A program made the position numbers and the translations under genes. A stretch of DNA of 63,267 nucleotides, filler included, from Dimargaris cristalligena (lineage: Eukaryota): the NCBI GenBank assembly GCA_003614675.1. It is 8 parts of 8 records of this genome, joined end to end, with 100 filler letters (N's around TTAATTAATTAA, not from the genome) between each part and the next. Parts side by side here need not be neighbours in the genome. Positions count along the whole stretch, not along the records: positions 47,598 to 55,389 come from ML003387.1; positions 55,490 to 63,267 come from ML003388.1; 6 more parts are not named here. The stretch is one strand, 5' to 3'. This document shows, in pieces, positions 48,854-61,832 of this stretch. A model generated the notes under the pieces. That model saw nothing but the letters and a program-made list of their open reading frames with translations, was not told where the DNA came from and did not search any database. Within the stretch, counting starts at the first letter, position 1. Each line of letters opens with the position of its first letter.

Positions 48854-50487
48854 CTAGAACAGAATTTGGGCCCGGAAATGACGTTGCAGTTTGTTGGCCT
48901 TGATACCCACACGGGTATCGAAGTGGTGCTTGGTCCGGGTTTCCAAGTAGGAGTGATTGTTCTTGAGGGCCCACCGTCCCTTGGGCTGCTGCAGAATGAG
49001 GGCCTTCTCCATCTTCTTGCGCTCGGCCTTGGTCATCGGGCGATCGCCGTCGGCGTGTTCGGTTAGCATACGGCTAATGAGGGCGGGGTTATCAGTATCC
49101 GAGGGCTGCAGGCGCTGGCGGTAGTACCGCAGGTAGTCCCGGTGGCCGATACGGGCGCCGGAGGGCAGAATCAGTTCGGATTCGTCGGTGGTCAAGGTCA
49201 GGCCACCGCCGTGGGTGTTGGAGGCCAAGTCACCACGGTGACGAGACAGGACAATTTGCCCATTGGTATCCAATTCCATTTCATCATCCGCATTGGCGGC
49301 CGTGGCGTCGGCGTAGGTGCTGGAGAAATCGTAGAATTCACTGAGTTCGAGGATATCAATCTCGTCGTCGTAGGCGATCTTGCAGTGGCCCTTGTGGCGC
49401 ATGTGATCGCGCACAGACTCTAGACTCCGCAGGCCGCGTCCGCGACCGTTGCAGTACAGGCATACGTTGGCTACACTGACTTTCTCACCGAGATATTTGA
49501 TCATACCGGGCAGGTCCTTCATGAACTCAATGTCAGGGATGAAGAAACTATGGACCTGGGTCATATGTTCAATGTTGCTGGAAGAGGGTGGAGTAGTTGT
49601 ATTGATGGGGATAGAGAGGCGGAAATGGAGTGGGTTAGTTAGGGTGCTTTGAAGTTGGGCTAAATAACACAGTGACAATGTGAGCATATAGTTAGGTAAA
49701 TCGGCCGATAAAGAACCGAGTATACCCAGAAATAGGGCGGATCCACACGCAGGGGATATGCTTACCTTTCGAAACTGTCGCTGGTGTGCACGCAGAATAG
49801 GCAACTTTCGGGCGCTAGGCGGGCGGAGAGCTTGATCTTCTTCTGGATAAGACGCTCCATTTCCTCCTCGGTTTCGACTTCATCCAGAGCCCGGTTAAGT
49901 TCGCGGATTTTGAGTTGGCGCTCGGTCGGGGTGAGGGTTTCGGCACCCGCACTGGCCATAGGCACATCATCGGAGCCGGCATTCACAGTGGGGCTAGACT
50001 CGCCGAGACTGGCCTTAGCCTTCTCGCCCTCACCAGCGACCTCGGTTTCATCATCGCTAATGGGGAAGTCGCTCTCTACCTTATCTTCGGGACCGAATGC
50101 CGACGCCTTGCTCTCGGTTGACTCGACCAGGGATTGAGCGGCAGCAGCGGTGGCGCGGGCTTCAACTTCCCGGTGCTTCTTGGAGGCCATGTGGCTTAGA
50201 TAGGCATTCTTGGAGCCGTAGGATTTTCGGCAGACCTCGCACCGGAGGGCAACGTTAGCCTCGGCGGCCTCCTCCTTGGACTTGGCCTGCTGGGTTAGCA
50301 CCCGCTGGGCGAAATTCTCGGCTTCCACGGGGGGAAGATTGGCCATTTTGCGCTTGAGATTGTACCGGTGCCAGTCACTACGGTAGTGGCTGCGCTGGAG
50401 CTCGGCCGAGTGGAAGGCGACTTGGCAGGCCAGGCAGGTGAAGATAGGAGCCGCCTGACTCATAGGGGTATCGGTGGTGGTGGCCAT
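48854..50487 (-). CDS. REI1: Pre-60S factor Rei1/ZNF622 (481 aa; exons 49766-50487, 48854-49577)
   Basis: FTCLACQVAF..HYRSDWHRYNLKRK; HSFFIPDIEF; LPSGARIGHR..RYYRQ; C-terminal HFRAQILF. Confidence 0.95.
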
Positions 50488-51941
50488 TGGGAAGAATATA
50501 TGTGTATGTAGAGGGGACTGATCGGCGAGAGGTAAGATAAACGTACAAACTCGGAAAAGGGGATGTTAAAACTACAAGTACTGTGGGTCTATCCTAAAGT
50601 AATGCAAAAAATAAACGAGAAATTTTACACTGAGAAAGAGGTAAGAATTGAAATAGGAGGCTTGTATGCGTAAGAAACTTGGGTAAAGAATATAAGGTAT
50701 GGTTGTCAAGTGAAAAAAAGTGGGTGGGTGGCACTTCTTGCCTTGATATAGTATGCTCACCACCAGTGGGTTAATAATTCAATGCCCCGTCCCTATGAAA
50801 AACCGCAGCTGTGGATTAAAATTGATTACAAATCCATAGAATCGCACCGGCCAGCAAGGGCATCCAGGCTCCCTTATCAAGAAGCCCGCTAGGAGACCGT
50901 AATAGTTGACGCATGGGGCTGATTGCCTTATATATATATATATGCACTGGCACAGCGCACTGAGACAATAGTAAATTAGCGCATTCGATGACACGCCTCT
51001 GCTAACCATATTATATTCGCCGTCGAGAGAAGGCATTTAATGCCTTGAGGCGGAGTGATTCGCCAAAGGAGCCCAGGTGGAATTATCGGTCGAGAGTAGG
51101 AATTGATGGCTTCGGTATAGTAGATTCTTCCTCAGAGATATCCGATGAGTTGGTTCATTGCAGCATCTTTATTCTGGGCCAATTTTCTCCTTGCAGAGCG
51201 AGGAATGGGGAGGCCTTAGAAAGTCATTTGTACGGCTTTTCAGTGCCCAAACGAAGTTGTCGAGGTTGAGGCTATGAAGGGCCATATATCTATCCGAAAT
51301 TGGCTTGCAATGCCCGTCTAACGTGTTATTTCATGCTGCCCTTAAACTTGCCACATAATTGTATTGCCCTTGAACTAGGGGCAAGCAATAATGGTATTCA
51401 TTACTCTCTCCCTTGCTGTTTCACTTTAATTGTATTTTCTCGGCCAATTTTCATTTTTCCAACCACGGAATGAACAATAATCACGTGATGTACCTCACTA
51501 TGGATTGTTCCAATGAATATTGCCCATATGCTCACCATCACTCAACCATACTCGATTTGGGTTGTAAAGATTGCTTTGTGCCTTCGAAAATTATCAAATT
51601 GATTCACGGCCAGGAAAAAAAAAGACTAACTCTACCTCACCTTATAGAGTAATAGTGTTGAAGAAAGGCAATGCGACATTAGCAACTCTGGTAATAAGGC
51701 CTTGGACCTCCTATATCGACCACTAAATCCGCACTAGGTCTTCTTTGGCATTTTGCTGTACGCATTGGTAACGAAACACTCCCTTTTACTTCTAACTGCC
51801 CCATTCCCCCAACAAGGCACACCTTTGCCCTTAATCTAATTAGACTTGTCGCATTATACCACCCCCCTTCTACAGCGAAGCCACCCTGCTCTCTACAGTC
51901 AACCCGTAATTCGGCTATACTTCGCTACTACAGAATACACC

Positions 51942-54684
51942 ATGACCCATTTTGACATTTTCAATTTTCTGGGCTTGGGCAATTCCGACCCTGTCAAGGC
52001 GGTCGGCCACAACGCGCCCGCAAAAGCTGGAGCCGCCACGAACAAGATCTCCAAGCTCGCCAAAAAGTCGCTATTGGCCGCAACCCCGGCTAAGGCCCCG
52101 AAATCGCCTGGTATGGAGAGCGGTCGCCCAACTAACGACAGCGGTAGCTCCGCCCCAGTGTCCAAATCGCTGTACCACCCCATGCCGTATGTTCATACCA
52201 AAGAAGGTACTATCGACTCGGTCCCCGTGTCTCATAATGCCCAATCCCTTGCTAAAGCTATTATGGGTCGACACACCAACCATGCATCGGCCCCCGTTTC
52301 CTCGGATATCCCACCATTGTGTAGCCGCTCTTCCGGATTTACTTTTGGCTTGTGCGTTGATGGCGAACTCGCCACCACCACCGAGACCAACTCGCGCGAA
52401 TCCCACTCGAAGAAAAGACGGCTGGATGATGATGTTGACGAGCATGCCAAGTCTTCTGACCCACCCAGCAAGCGGCGGGTTGCTGTCACGTCTGGCCCTA
52501 AATCCAGTTACACCTCTTCCACGGTAAGTAGAACATCTGATTATATGAATAGGAGTTGTTCTATTATCCAATACAGAGACATTGCATTGACTGAATGCCT
52601 TTAATGTCTAGTTAAATCTTATCGTTGAGTAATAATTTTATACATGGACCCCACTCCCCACCATCCCTATGATTGTGTTTTCTAACGCAATATCTGGCTA
52701 TACGTCTATGTTCTTCTTCGATTCACCCTTAATGGTGATTCCAGATGAGTCCTGCATTTGTTGGCCCATTCCCCGGCAAGAATTTACTTTCCGTCAAGGA
52801 CTTGTCCGACATTGTCAGTGAGTGTATTGGCGCCGGTAACCCCAATACCTACATCGATATCAAGGTAAGTTGATTATATTCCAGGATTAGTTATTGATCG
52901 TCCCTATTTCCGTCATAAATCATGTCCTCTGCTCAGGTACATTACAGTTGCTCCATTTCCATCGTTTCCCACTTATTTGCTAATCCACTCGCAAATATTA
53001 TTCGCCCCTCTTTGCTATAATATATATTCAACAGCATAAGGAAAACCTGAATCAGATTGTTGTATTGTATGTCCCGTACCTTGATGTGGCACTTGGACTT
53101 CACGATCATCTGGATCACCAATTTTTCACTACCCCTGACGGCGACCCAGCCGCCCTCAAGTCTTCGTATACCCTCGAGGATATCCAGGCCATCTCGAGCA
53201 CCCAGAGTCTGCTCCGGCATATGCCAAACCTAACAGCCATTTTCGAGCGGGTATACCCAACCTTGGCGACGGTGGTTTCCCGTAGATTCCCTGCCCCCTA
53301 CGACACAATCTTTGAAACGACAGTCCGTAAGAATATTATGGACCAGCGTACCGGTGAATACCTCCAATTGTTCGAAGGCCTCGATCCGTCCAAGCCCCAA
53401 ACCTATCTCATGAGCAACAGCCAGCTGGAAAATAACAGCTACCCACCCCCACTTATCCACCTCTCCTACTCCGATGACCCACACAACGAGTGGACCGATA
53501 CCGAGGCGGTGGACGCCGACATTGAACAAGCCCGGTTCGATGACGAGCAAGAATACGAAGTGCTGTCCGTCGATTGTGAAATGTGCATGACCCGCGTGGG
53601 CAATGAATTAACTCGAGTCTCGGTAGTCAACTTTGAAGGCCGGGTCCTTATGGACGAGTTAGTGAAACCCTTCAACCCCATTACTAACTATGTAACCCAG
53701 TACAGTGGTATCACGCCCAGCATGCTCAAGAATGTGACCACCTCCCTGGCCGATGCCCAGGGCATGCTCAAAAAACTCATCGGGCCCCGCACGATCCTCG
53801 TGGGCCAGTCCCTGAACAGCGATCTCAACGCCCTTAAAATGACGCACCCGTTGGTCGTGGATACGTCCGTCATTTTCACGACGCCCCGGGGTAACGTGAT
53901 GGCGGACCGGACCCGGCAGAAGCCTAGCCTACGGTGGCTGACCCAAAAGTACCTGCACCGGTCGATCCAGGACCGTACCATCCGGCACGGGCACGACAGT
54001 ATCGAAGACGCCCTCGCCTGTATCGATTTACTCAAACTGAAACTGGCCCAAGGTCCCCTCTTCGGTGTACATTTCGGTGAGACCATCTCTTTGGTCGACG
54101 GGGTGGCCAACACGCCCTGTCCCCCACGGTTCGCCGAACGGGCTGTGACGGACCGGTTTTACCAGCGGGCCGCCCTCGTCGGCCCCACCCGGCGATTCAC
54201 GGCCTACAATACCCCCAACTCCCTGCTCGTGGCCACCGACCATCTCCCGGAAGGCACCGATCCGGTCCGGTTAATCCTTGACTACGCCCCCCTCCATGCC
54301 CTAACGGTTACCCAACTCACCACCCTCGCGGACTTGTACGCTACCCGGTACCACCAGGCCCTCACCCCGAGTGCCCCGGACCTGGTCCGCGCCCTCCGTA
54401 CCCTCGATGACCAGCTCAACGCTATTTGGGAGGGCCTGGGGGAACACACCGGGTTGCTGGTGACTTCCGGGCATGGCGATATGCGGCTTTCTCTGCCGTC
54501 GATGAAGAAATATACCAGTCTGGACGCGGGCTACCGGCGGCGGATCTCCAACGAAGGACCCGAGAAACCCCTGCGTGAATCCGATGCTACGTGGTCCGAG
54601 TTGGACCAGGCCGCCATGGATAAAGCCCTGCAGTGGTCTCGTCTGGGAATTTCGCTGATGGCTATTCGGCCATCGCAATCTTAA
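51942..54684 (+). CDS. REX1: DEDDh RNA exonuclease Rex1/Rnh70-like (exons 51942-52523, 52745-52864, 53035-54684)
   Basis: ExoI SVDCEMC, ExoII LVGQSLNSDL, ExoIII GHDSIEDA; two phase-0 GT-AG introns. Confidence 0.88.
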
Positions 54685-54985
54685 CTGTCTGCATCTTTTT
54701 AAAAAAAATAATTATTACTCTTTTTTTTCTCTCTCGCAATGTAGCATTCCTTTGTTATTTTCCATTAACTCCCCATTAAACTGATGATATTTTCACATAC
54801 GAATCCTTTATTGCCCAGGCATGTATATTATTAATGATCAATTTTCCCTGTTTGGCTAACCTGTTATATGGCCATAGAATTATCCAAATGGGGTTTATTT
54901 TACTGGACAAAATCTCCCGTGCGACCGTCGTAACATAGTAGAGAAATCCTGATCAGCTGTAAAGGGCGAATGACTCGCACTTATA

Positions 54986-55129
54986 ATATAGAAGAAGTTC
55001 ATCCAGGCTGTATAACGATAAATCCATTAGATGGGGCCAAAAATTCTGGTTAAAATAATTTATCTCACATATTCTCCCATACACATATTGTGTAAGGCTT
55101 TATACAGCTAGCCTGAATTTCACCCATAT
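54986..55129. mobile_element. MITE-like element (144 bp), opposite orientation to 25161-25304
   Basis: ATATAGAAGAAGTTCATCCAGGCTGTATAA...TTATACAGCTAGCCTGAATTTCACCCATAT. Confidence 0.8.
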
Positions 55130-55389
55130 GCATCACCAGGTGGATATCGATGGCAACGGAGGTGCGGGGATACCCAGAATAGTCATAGACGAAGGGAAAA
55201 CAAAGACAGGTGCCAAGCAAGGGGCGATTACACCACCACGGAATCGGGTGGGCAAATCATTCGCTTGTAATCCTTGATACCTTCGCCTCGGAACTTGCTG
55301 AGGGTACCGTCTTGGCACACCCACAATTCCTCCGTGACTTTCAACAAATCTGTATTTAGCTTGTTTTTATCCTGATATAGTAATTACAT

Positions 55390-55489
55390 NNNNNNNNNNN
55401 NNNNNNNNNNNNNNNNNNNNNNNNNNNNNNNNNTTAATTAATTAANNNNNNNNNNNNNNNNNNNNNNNNNNNNNNNNNNNNNNNNNNNN
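55390..55489. other. Artificial contig linker
   Basis: N44-TTAATTAATTAA-N44. Confidence 0.99.
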
Positions 55490-55934
55490 GCAAAGTCGCC
55501 TGGGCGATTTTCGCTTGGGCGATCAATTCCTGACTCCGTTCGGGCACAACCGCGGCGGGGGTCGCTAGTTCAGCGGAAAAGGGTGCGGATATGGATAAGG
55601 GTGAAGAAGGGTCTGGCTCGAGGTCGAGTGAGAAAGCAAGTGCATTAGAAGGAGGTAAACTATCGGACGTTGGGGGGTCTTGGACTACCATGGGAATGGG
55701 ATTAGGTACATTGAATAGATTGTCCGAGGATTGGGCGGCACCCCTCGAGGTGGTCGTGGGCTCACAAAATATGGAATCGGGGTCGAATGGCTCAACGAGG
55801 ATAACCCGGGCAGACTCGGTAGGGGGCAATTGGACTATGCCGCTCGTGGTATTGGACTGGAGCCGCCGTATTGGATTGAAGTGGGGGCAGCCTCGCCACC
55901 GTTGTGGGGGATACAAGCGAAAAGCATTATGCAT
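55490..55934 (-). CDS. Hypothetical protein, N-terminal part only (truncated at contig end)
   Basis: Open frame from ATG 55934 into the linker; Arg-rich N-terminus could be a mitochondrial presequence. Confidence 0.45.
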
Positions 55935-56925
55935 GGTATGGTTCTGGGGCACATGAATGAGAGCGGAATGATTCAATAACGGACGGACATTGTTCTAGAA
56001 TGAATAAAATACAGAATTGAAAAGAAGAGCAAGCTAAGCTGAGGGATCTGATCGCCAAAGCAGCAGGACAGACCCGATATACTCTATTGGCCATAGAGTC
56101 GAAGCATGTGCAACGGAATCCTCTGCAACTTTCCATTGCATACTCTCCGGCATAGCGCCCTTTGATTGAGTCGTATTAAAATACCACACACCCCTCTCTA
56201 CCAAGATGGCATCGTTATTAATCCCCATATTTATTATACTGTATTTATACAGCCACGCAATAGCCCAGAGGTGGTAGGTTTGCTTTATTGGAATTGATCA
56301 ATGAATGAGCATCAAAAAGTTATGGTCACGTGATATATTTCTATCGCTAATCGGTTTATTTAGAATCCAAGCGGAATATAAATAGATGGAGGCTTTTATG
56401 ATACGTAAAGGGAAAAGGGCCCAAATTCAACCCTATTGTGAGAACGTGCCGACGAAGTGTAATTATAAGCCCTTCTACATTCAAGTTATCGTAATAGCCA
56501 TCGCCATTGTGCCTTCTCGCAGATAGAGTGGAGTCATCCCGATTTGCTCGATACAGAATACATGAATGCAAAGGGTCATGTTAATCATAGAAACTGGCCT
56601 TAAAACCCGATGGCCAAATGCACCGGGGTAAAATATGGGGCCATATGGGTTTCATATCTGGACTGAGTCCAAAGGACTGTGATGTAATAACAGAAGGTGT
56701 AGAAACACCACAGTTATATGTAGGGGGATGTAAAAATAGCAAGCGTGCGTGATTTAATAGCATAGTTTTCTTACTAAGTGGTATTGGGGGCAGGTAAACG
56801 AAGGATTAGTTAGAACACATCGTCCTCGCCAACCAAAGAAATAAAAAAGGATGGGTTAGAAGTCCCATCATTAATTAAATAGCGAAAGCATGTCATCGCA
56901 TGTGGGGTCGCCGTAGAGTAGGATA

Positions 56926-58391
56926 TTAACCATCAGTCAGAACCTCGCCCTCATCGCCGCCAGTGACCAAGGGGAAGAGGGGATGGATTTCGGATAGGAT
57001 ATACTCCAGGGTGCATTTTTGGTAGTAGTCCGGGGCAATATGGGCAATGTTATCGATGATGGTATGCAGCAGATGAGCCTGGCCCACGAAAACACCCGCA
57101 GCTTCGTAACGAACATGAGCCACATGGACGTGGAAATGGTAATACGAGGGGTGGTAATGGACAAAGAAGCGCAGCTCCTGGGGCTTGATCTGGGGGAAAT
57201 GCTGGGCAACAGTCCGAACAACCCCTTGCTCAATCTGGCGGAGCAAGGGTAGATGACTGGAGTCCAGGTCACGTAGACTAAGGATGTCCCGGCGCTGGAC
57301 CAATACTAGGAGGTACAGGTTTTCCAAAGTAGAGCCGTCCCATTTGCTGAGGGTTGGGTAGAGTGGTCAATATATACACATGGATGTGTTTTTCAGGGTT
57401 AATTATCCTATATGGTTTAGATGATTTTAAGTGAGGGGCCTCGGAAAGATGACGCGTTCCCCCATAAGCTAGCTGATTTCCCGTTAGTGTTTTTTTTTTC
57501 GCTACGATTTAAAGATGCAATTATGTTCCGTATCCGATGGGCCCGTCATCAAGAATAGGAATGTATTAAGCAATTAATACCGTGCCAGACTTGGACTTAC
57601 CTATCGGGGAGAACTATGAACCCCGAGTCATCACCGGGTTCGCGGTAAAGAATCTTGGACTGCTCACTGCGGCCCTCCAGGATGTTATACACCCATTGGA
57701 TCCGGGAGGAGGGTAGGCTACGAATGTAAGGTAACACCCGATCTAAATAAAGCCGGGGGCTCTCCCGGACCATTTGGCGTGAATGCGAAGAGTATTTGGC
57801 GATATGCAACTCGGTACAGGGCCAGACTAGTTCAATTTTGACGTTGGGATCGGTACTAGGCTGGCTTCCTGTGGCAGGTGGCGGAACCGATCGGAGCCAC
57901 CCGGTTAGCCAGTGGTAGACATCATTATGACTCAGTAGATCGGCCTGCTGGAGTTGGTGGTCCACCAGGTGGGTCAAGGCGGCTTTAGCGAAGTGAGTTT
58001 TCTCGATCTTGAGAATGGCCCGTGAGTCGGAGGTAGTGGTCTCGGGGCACTCCTGGGTAGACAGCTGGGTGGCATCAATGGTCCCTAGTAGATAGATAAC
58101 CTTGGCGCGTGGGTCTGTGGTAGAGAAAGAAAGTTAAGGGATATAAAGACAATTTAAGGCTTGGCCTAAGTTATATATAAGATACCCTGCCTTCATCTAA
58201 AGGGGAGGAGGAGGAGGTCCAAACTGGGGGGACCCGTATAGTTCGTCTAATGAGCCGCTGGGAGCCAAGGACTGTCTTTGCGTGAGCCATACCCCCAGGA
58301 ATAGTATACGCCGCGGCCTACCTTCGTTGAGTAGTTTTTCGAAGCGAAATGCGCGGAGCAGGCCACGGGGATCGGGTGTAGGGAATGACAT
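56926..58391 (-). CDS. DCS1: Scavenger mRNA decapping enzyme DcpS (334 aa; exons 58322-58391, 57601-58114, 56926-57346)
   Basis: NDVYHW, HIAKYS, WVYNILEG, KWDG, SLRDL, HYHPSYYHFHVH HIT motif; both introns in frame. Confidence 0.95.
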
Positions 58392-60092
58392 GGTCAAAGG
58401 TAAATAACCGAGAACAAAAGAGGGTCGAATGGCGAAGGACCTCTGGCTGCACCACCTTAAGTAGGGGAAAGTTACACTGGACCCCCCCCCCCCTCGGATT
58501 TCCCACGGAAAACCCACCTGGGAAGTGAGTAAGGGGGGATTGATAAAGTAAGCAAGGCGGGGGCCATTAACGGGGTCGGGAAGGAACCTCACACAAACCC
58601 CCTCTGCAATCAGATGATATCCCCGCCCCCGCTACATTAGAGGGCGATACCGTTGCCCCGGCTCCATGTTAGTCCGAGGGTCTTTTTACCAGGGCGCATT
58701 TGGCGGCCCACTCCACACTACCACCTAATAATTTCCCTTCCCCTAAACTGTATTCTCGCTATTAACAGCTCCTTCTGGCTTTAGCTGACACCCCTTTGCC
58801 AACAAGGTCTGCCCTACCGTGGTCTGACTGCTGGTCCAAAGCAATCAAATCAGGCTACCCGACTGTCCCGAGGCAGAGTACGGTTTTTGAATTGGGAAGG
58901 AAGATGGTTAAAATGATACTGCGAGGTTTCGGAGGATAAATGAAGGGACAGGCCTATTGCACATACTGCTGTGAGTCATGCTCGTCAATTAGTAAGCGGA
59001 CGTAACAAAATCCCTCTATTTTACTTACCTCTTTCCCTCACTCCCATTTAGTCTTATTGGCAGGCCCCCCCCCACGTTGTGCACACGTACTACACCGGAA
59101 GGAGTCTCTTCTCTCCCCTAGCACCTTCCTTCTCCCACTATCTTGCTTATGCATTAATAAGGCGGGTTTCTTCAACATAAAGACCACCAATGCAAGTCCG
59201 AGAAGCTTCTTGAAGAACCAAGTCCCACGATGGGACAGATGCCATTGGACCAACCTGTGTATGCCCTGGCTTGGGGTGTCGTCATCTCCAAGAACGCCAA
59301 ACCCTGGCCCATTTCTATTCGGCACTTTCCGGGGCAGCTGACACCCTGTTCCAGACATGATGCGCATTCAAGGCGAGGCCTGCTCTCTGCATTATATAAA
59401 TAACTAACCCCCCGCGCTAGGCCAAGCGGAAAAGTCATTCATTCACCTATATTATATTCCCTTTACCGTAAACTTACTTTGCACTTTGCCATTGCTCCCT
59501 TGTAGTATAAATATAAGGATTATTATTACCTGCTGCTATTCCGCCCGGTCCTTATTTATTGTATAATAACAGCTCCCCCGCCGCCGGTGCTGCCCTTTCA
59601 TTCACCGTCGTCACCCATAAAAGCCGATATCAGCAACTCACAAACCCTTCCTCACTAGCGAGCATAGAATCAATCGCCAGCTTCTAGACAAGTACAGTAC
59701 GTACATACATACTTCCCATTCGTCCTAACCCTCAATAGTTCTGGTCGTGGGGTGTACGCTGGTGCATATTGCGAAGTGTGGTGGGGGTGTAGCACCTCCC
59801 CCCGAATTGCCTTAAAAAGTGTGCTGTGCCCATCGTCTACTCGGACCTGCATGTATCATCCATTATCCCTTAATGATTCATTGCGCGCCCATCGGACAAA
59901 TCTTTATAAAAGGAGCCCCCGTCACTCTCTTTCTCACACCACCTCTTCCGCTGTTATAAATAACTAACTCCTCGCCCCATTGTTCCTTCTGCCTTGTTTC
60001 ACATACATTCATCGAATTTTCCTTTTTATTTTACGTTGTATCCTCTGACTCAACAGCCCATACTTCCTCCCCCTTAATAGCATCCATTCAAC

Positions 60093-61832
60093 ATGGCTGA
60101 CTCCGACCCAAACCATACCACTCCAAGCGGGGGTCATCACCACCAATCGAACGGTGGTCGCCCTGCCAATGGTACCTCCGGTAACCGCCAGTCGTCCATA
60201 CCCTCCTCGTGGGCGCCCTTTCGCGAACTTCTAAACCAATTGCCCTTCTTCAACACAACCTCGCGCCTAGAAACGGCCACCACCACCACCCCTTCTAATA
60301 CCAACCCCGGCCCCACTCCCGCTGGCTCGAGTGACCCTCCGCCAACCTCTGCCTTAGACCAACGTCCTACTGACGAGACTCCCGGGTCCTCCGCCAGTCC
60401 GTCCACGGACCCTCCTGAACCCCAGCAGCGGCGACCTGTTATATATTCCATCAGCTTGCCACTCCACCCGCGCCTGTTTTCCGACTGGAACGATCATCAT
60501 CATCACGGCGACGGTCCCGACAATGACTCTAGGCAACCTTCCTCCGAAGCCGCAGATTCCCAAGAATCGCGCTCCAGCGATGAATATTTCGACGGCTTCG
60601 ACTCCACTAACCCTGACCTCGAAGGCCCTGACCGCATGATCACCTTCTTCTTCCAAGACCCCTCCGAGTATCTACCCTTTCTACCCATTATTTTGGGTCT
60701 TCCGGCCCAGTTTGCGTTCCGTGGGGGTTGGCCCAACGGTGGCGACCCATCCCTGCAGGGCCAACCACCCGCTGCCAAGTCAGCTATGCACGCCCTCCCA
60801 GCCTTAACCGCCGCCGACATCCACTGGCTGCAGTGGCAGCGGTGGAAGCAACAGGAGCCCGACCCGAAAGAGGAGTACCACTCCCTGGATTGTGCAATTT
60901 GCCAAGATCACCTGGTGGACAATGATGACAGCAGTACCACTGCTGATCCCCCAAGCCCTCATAATAGGGGGGCTGGCCTCGGTAGCGAGAATTCTTCCAA
61001 GACGGCGGCGCCCATTGCTCGGCAGATGCCTTGTCAGCACATATTCCACGAGGAGTGCCTGTTCCCCTGGTTGGAGGTCTCCAATACTTGCCCAACCTGT
61101 CGATACGAGCTCCTGACGGATAACCCCGAGTATAACGAGTCGGTTAAGCGGCGCATGGCGGAGCGCGACGAAGCCATCCGCAATACGCCCGAGCCTGAGT
61201 GGAAACATAACCCGGCTAGAAATAATCCAGCAGCATCGGCTGGTCAAGGGTGTGCCCTGGCTGCCAGCGGCCTTTGCGAGTTTGCCCATCAGAACCAGCC
61301 CGATTCCCTTGACCATCGCGTTTTATCATCATCCCCTTTATCAGATGTTTCGCAGAGCTGGTCCGATGGTGGAGACCGTCCGGCTGCGGGGAGTCCAATG
61401 TTCCTCTTTACTCTGCCCCAATGCCGACACACATTCCACATGGCCTGCTTGCGTACCAGCTTCATTGTACAGGGCTATCATTTGCATGCCACCAGCGAAA
61501 GTACCCATCCCGCGACTGCCGGGGTGCGTTGCCCCACTTGTCGCGTCGCCAATACCCTGTGGAACCATGATCTGGATACTATCCTCGCTGGCGGCAATGA
61601 TAATAGGGCTGCCAGGGATTATGGTCGACATAGGCCTTCCGATATCTACCACCAGGACCAACAGCCACATTCTGCCCACACCCGCGGTCCGGCCTGGCCT
61701 GTTCACTCCAATGGCCATATCTCTACTAGTGATGGCGGGTCCCATTACACCGGTGTCAATGGTCAGCAGGCATCGCCCCATCCACACGACCGCCCCAACA
61801 CCATTATATTTGATCCCATGGATCTTGATTAA
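60093..61832 (+). CDS. RING-H2 E3 ubiquitin ligase with a second RING-like domain (579 aa)
   Basis: PPAAKSAM..LP; CAIC..MPCQHIFHEECLFPWL..TCPTCRYEL; second C..C..CRHTFHMAC..CPTC. Confidence 0.85.
   Translation: MADSDPNHTTPSGGHHHQSNGGRPANGTSGNRQSSIPSSWAPFRELLNQLPFFNTTSRLETATTTTPSNTNPGPTPAGSSDPPPTSALDQRPTDETPGSSASPSTDPPEPQQRRPVIYSISLPLHPRLFSDWNDHHHHGDGPDNDSRQPSSEAADSQESRSSDEYFDGFDSTNPDLEGPDRMITFFFQDPSEYLPFLPIILGLPAQFAFRGGWPNGGDPSLQGQPPAAKSAMHALPALTAADIHWLQWQRWKQQEPDPKEEYHSLDCAICQDHLVDNDDSSTTADPPSPHNRGAGLGSENSSKTAAPIARQMPCQHIFHEECLFPWLEVSNTCPTCRYELLTDNPEYNESVKRRMAERDEAIRNTPEPEWKHNPARNNPAASAGQGCALAASGLCEFAHQNQPDSLDHRVLSSSPLSDVSQSWSDGGDRPAAGSPMFLFTLPQCRHTFHMACLRTSFIVQGYHLHATSESTHPATAGVRCPTCRVANTLWNHDLDTILAGGNDNRAARDYGRHRPSDIYHQDQQPHSAHTRGPAWPVHSNGHISTSDGGSHYTGVNGQQASPHPHDRPNTIIFDPMDLD

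Noticed and set aside
7876-55489. Regularly spaced TTAATTAATTAA palindromes about every 7.9 kb
   Set aside because: Artificial concatenation linkers inside N runs, not biological repeats.
59040-59440. GC-richer intergenic block tested as RNase P/MRP or SRP RNA
   Set aside because: Conserved signature regions not found on either strand.
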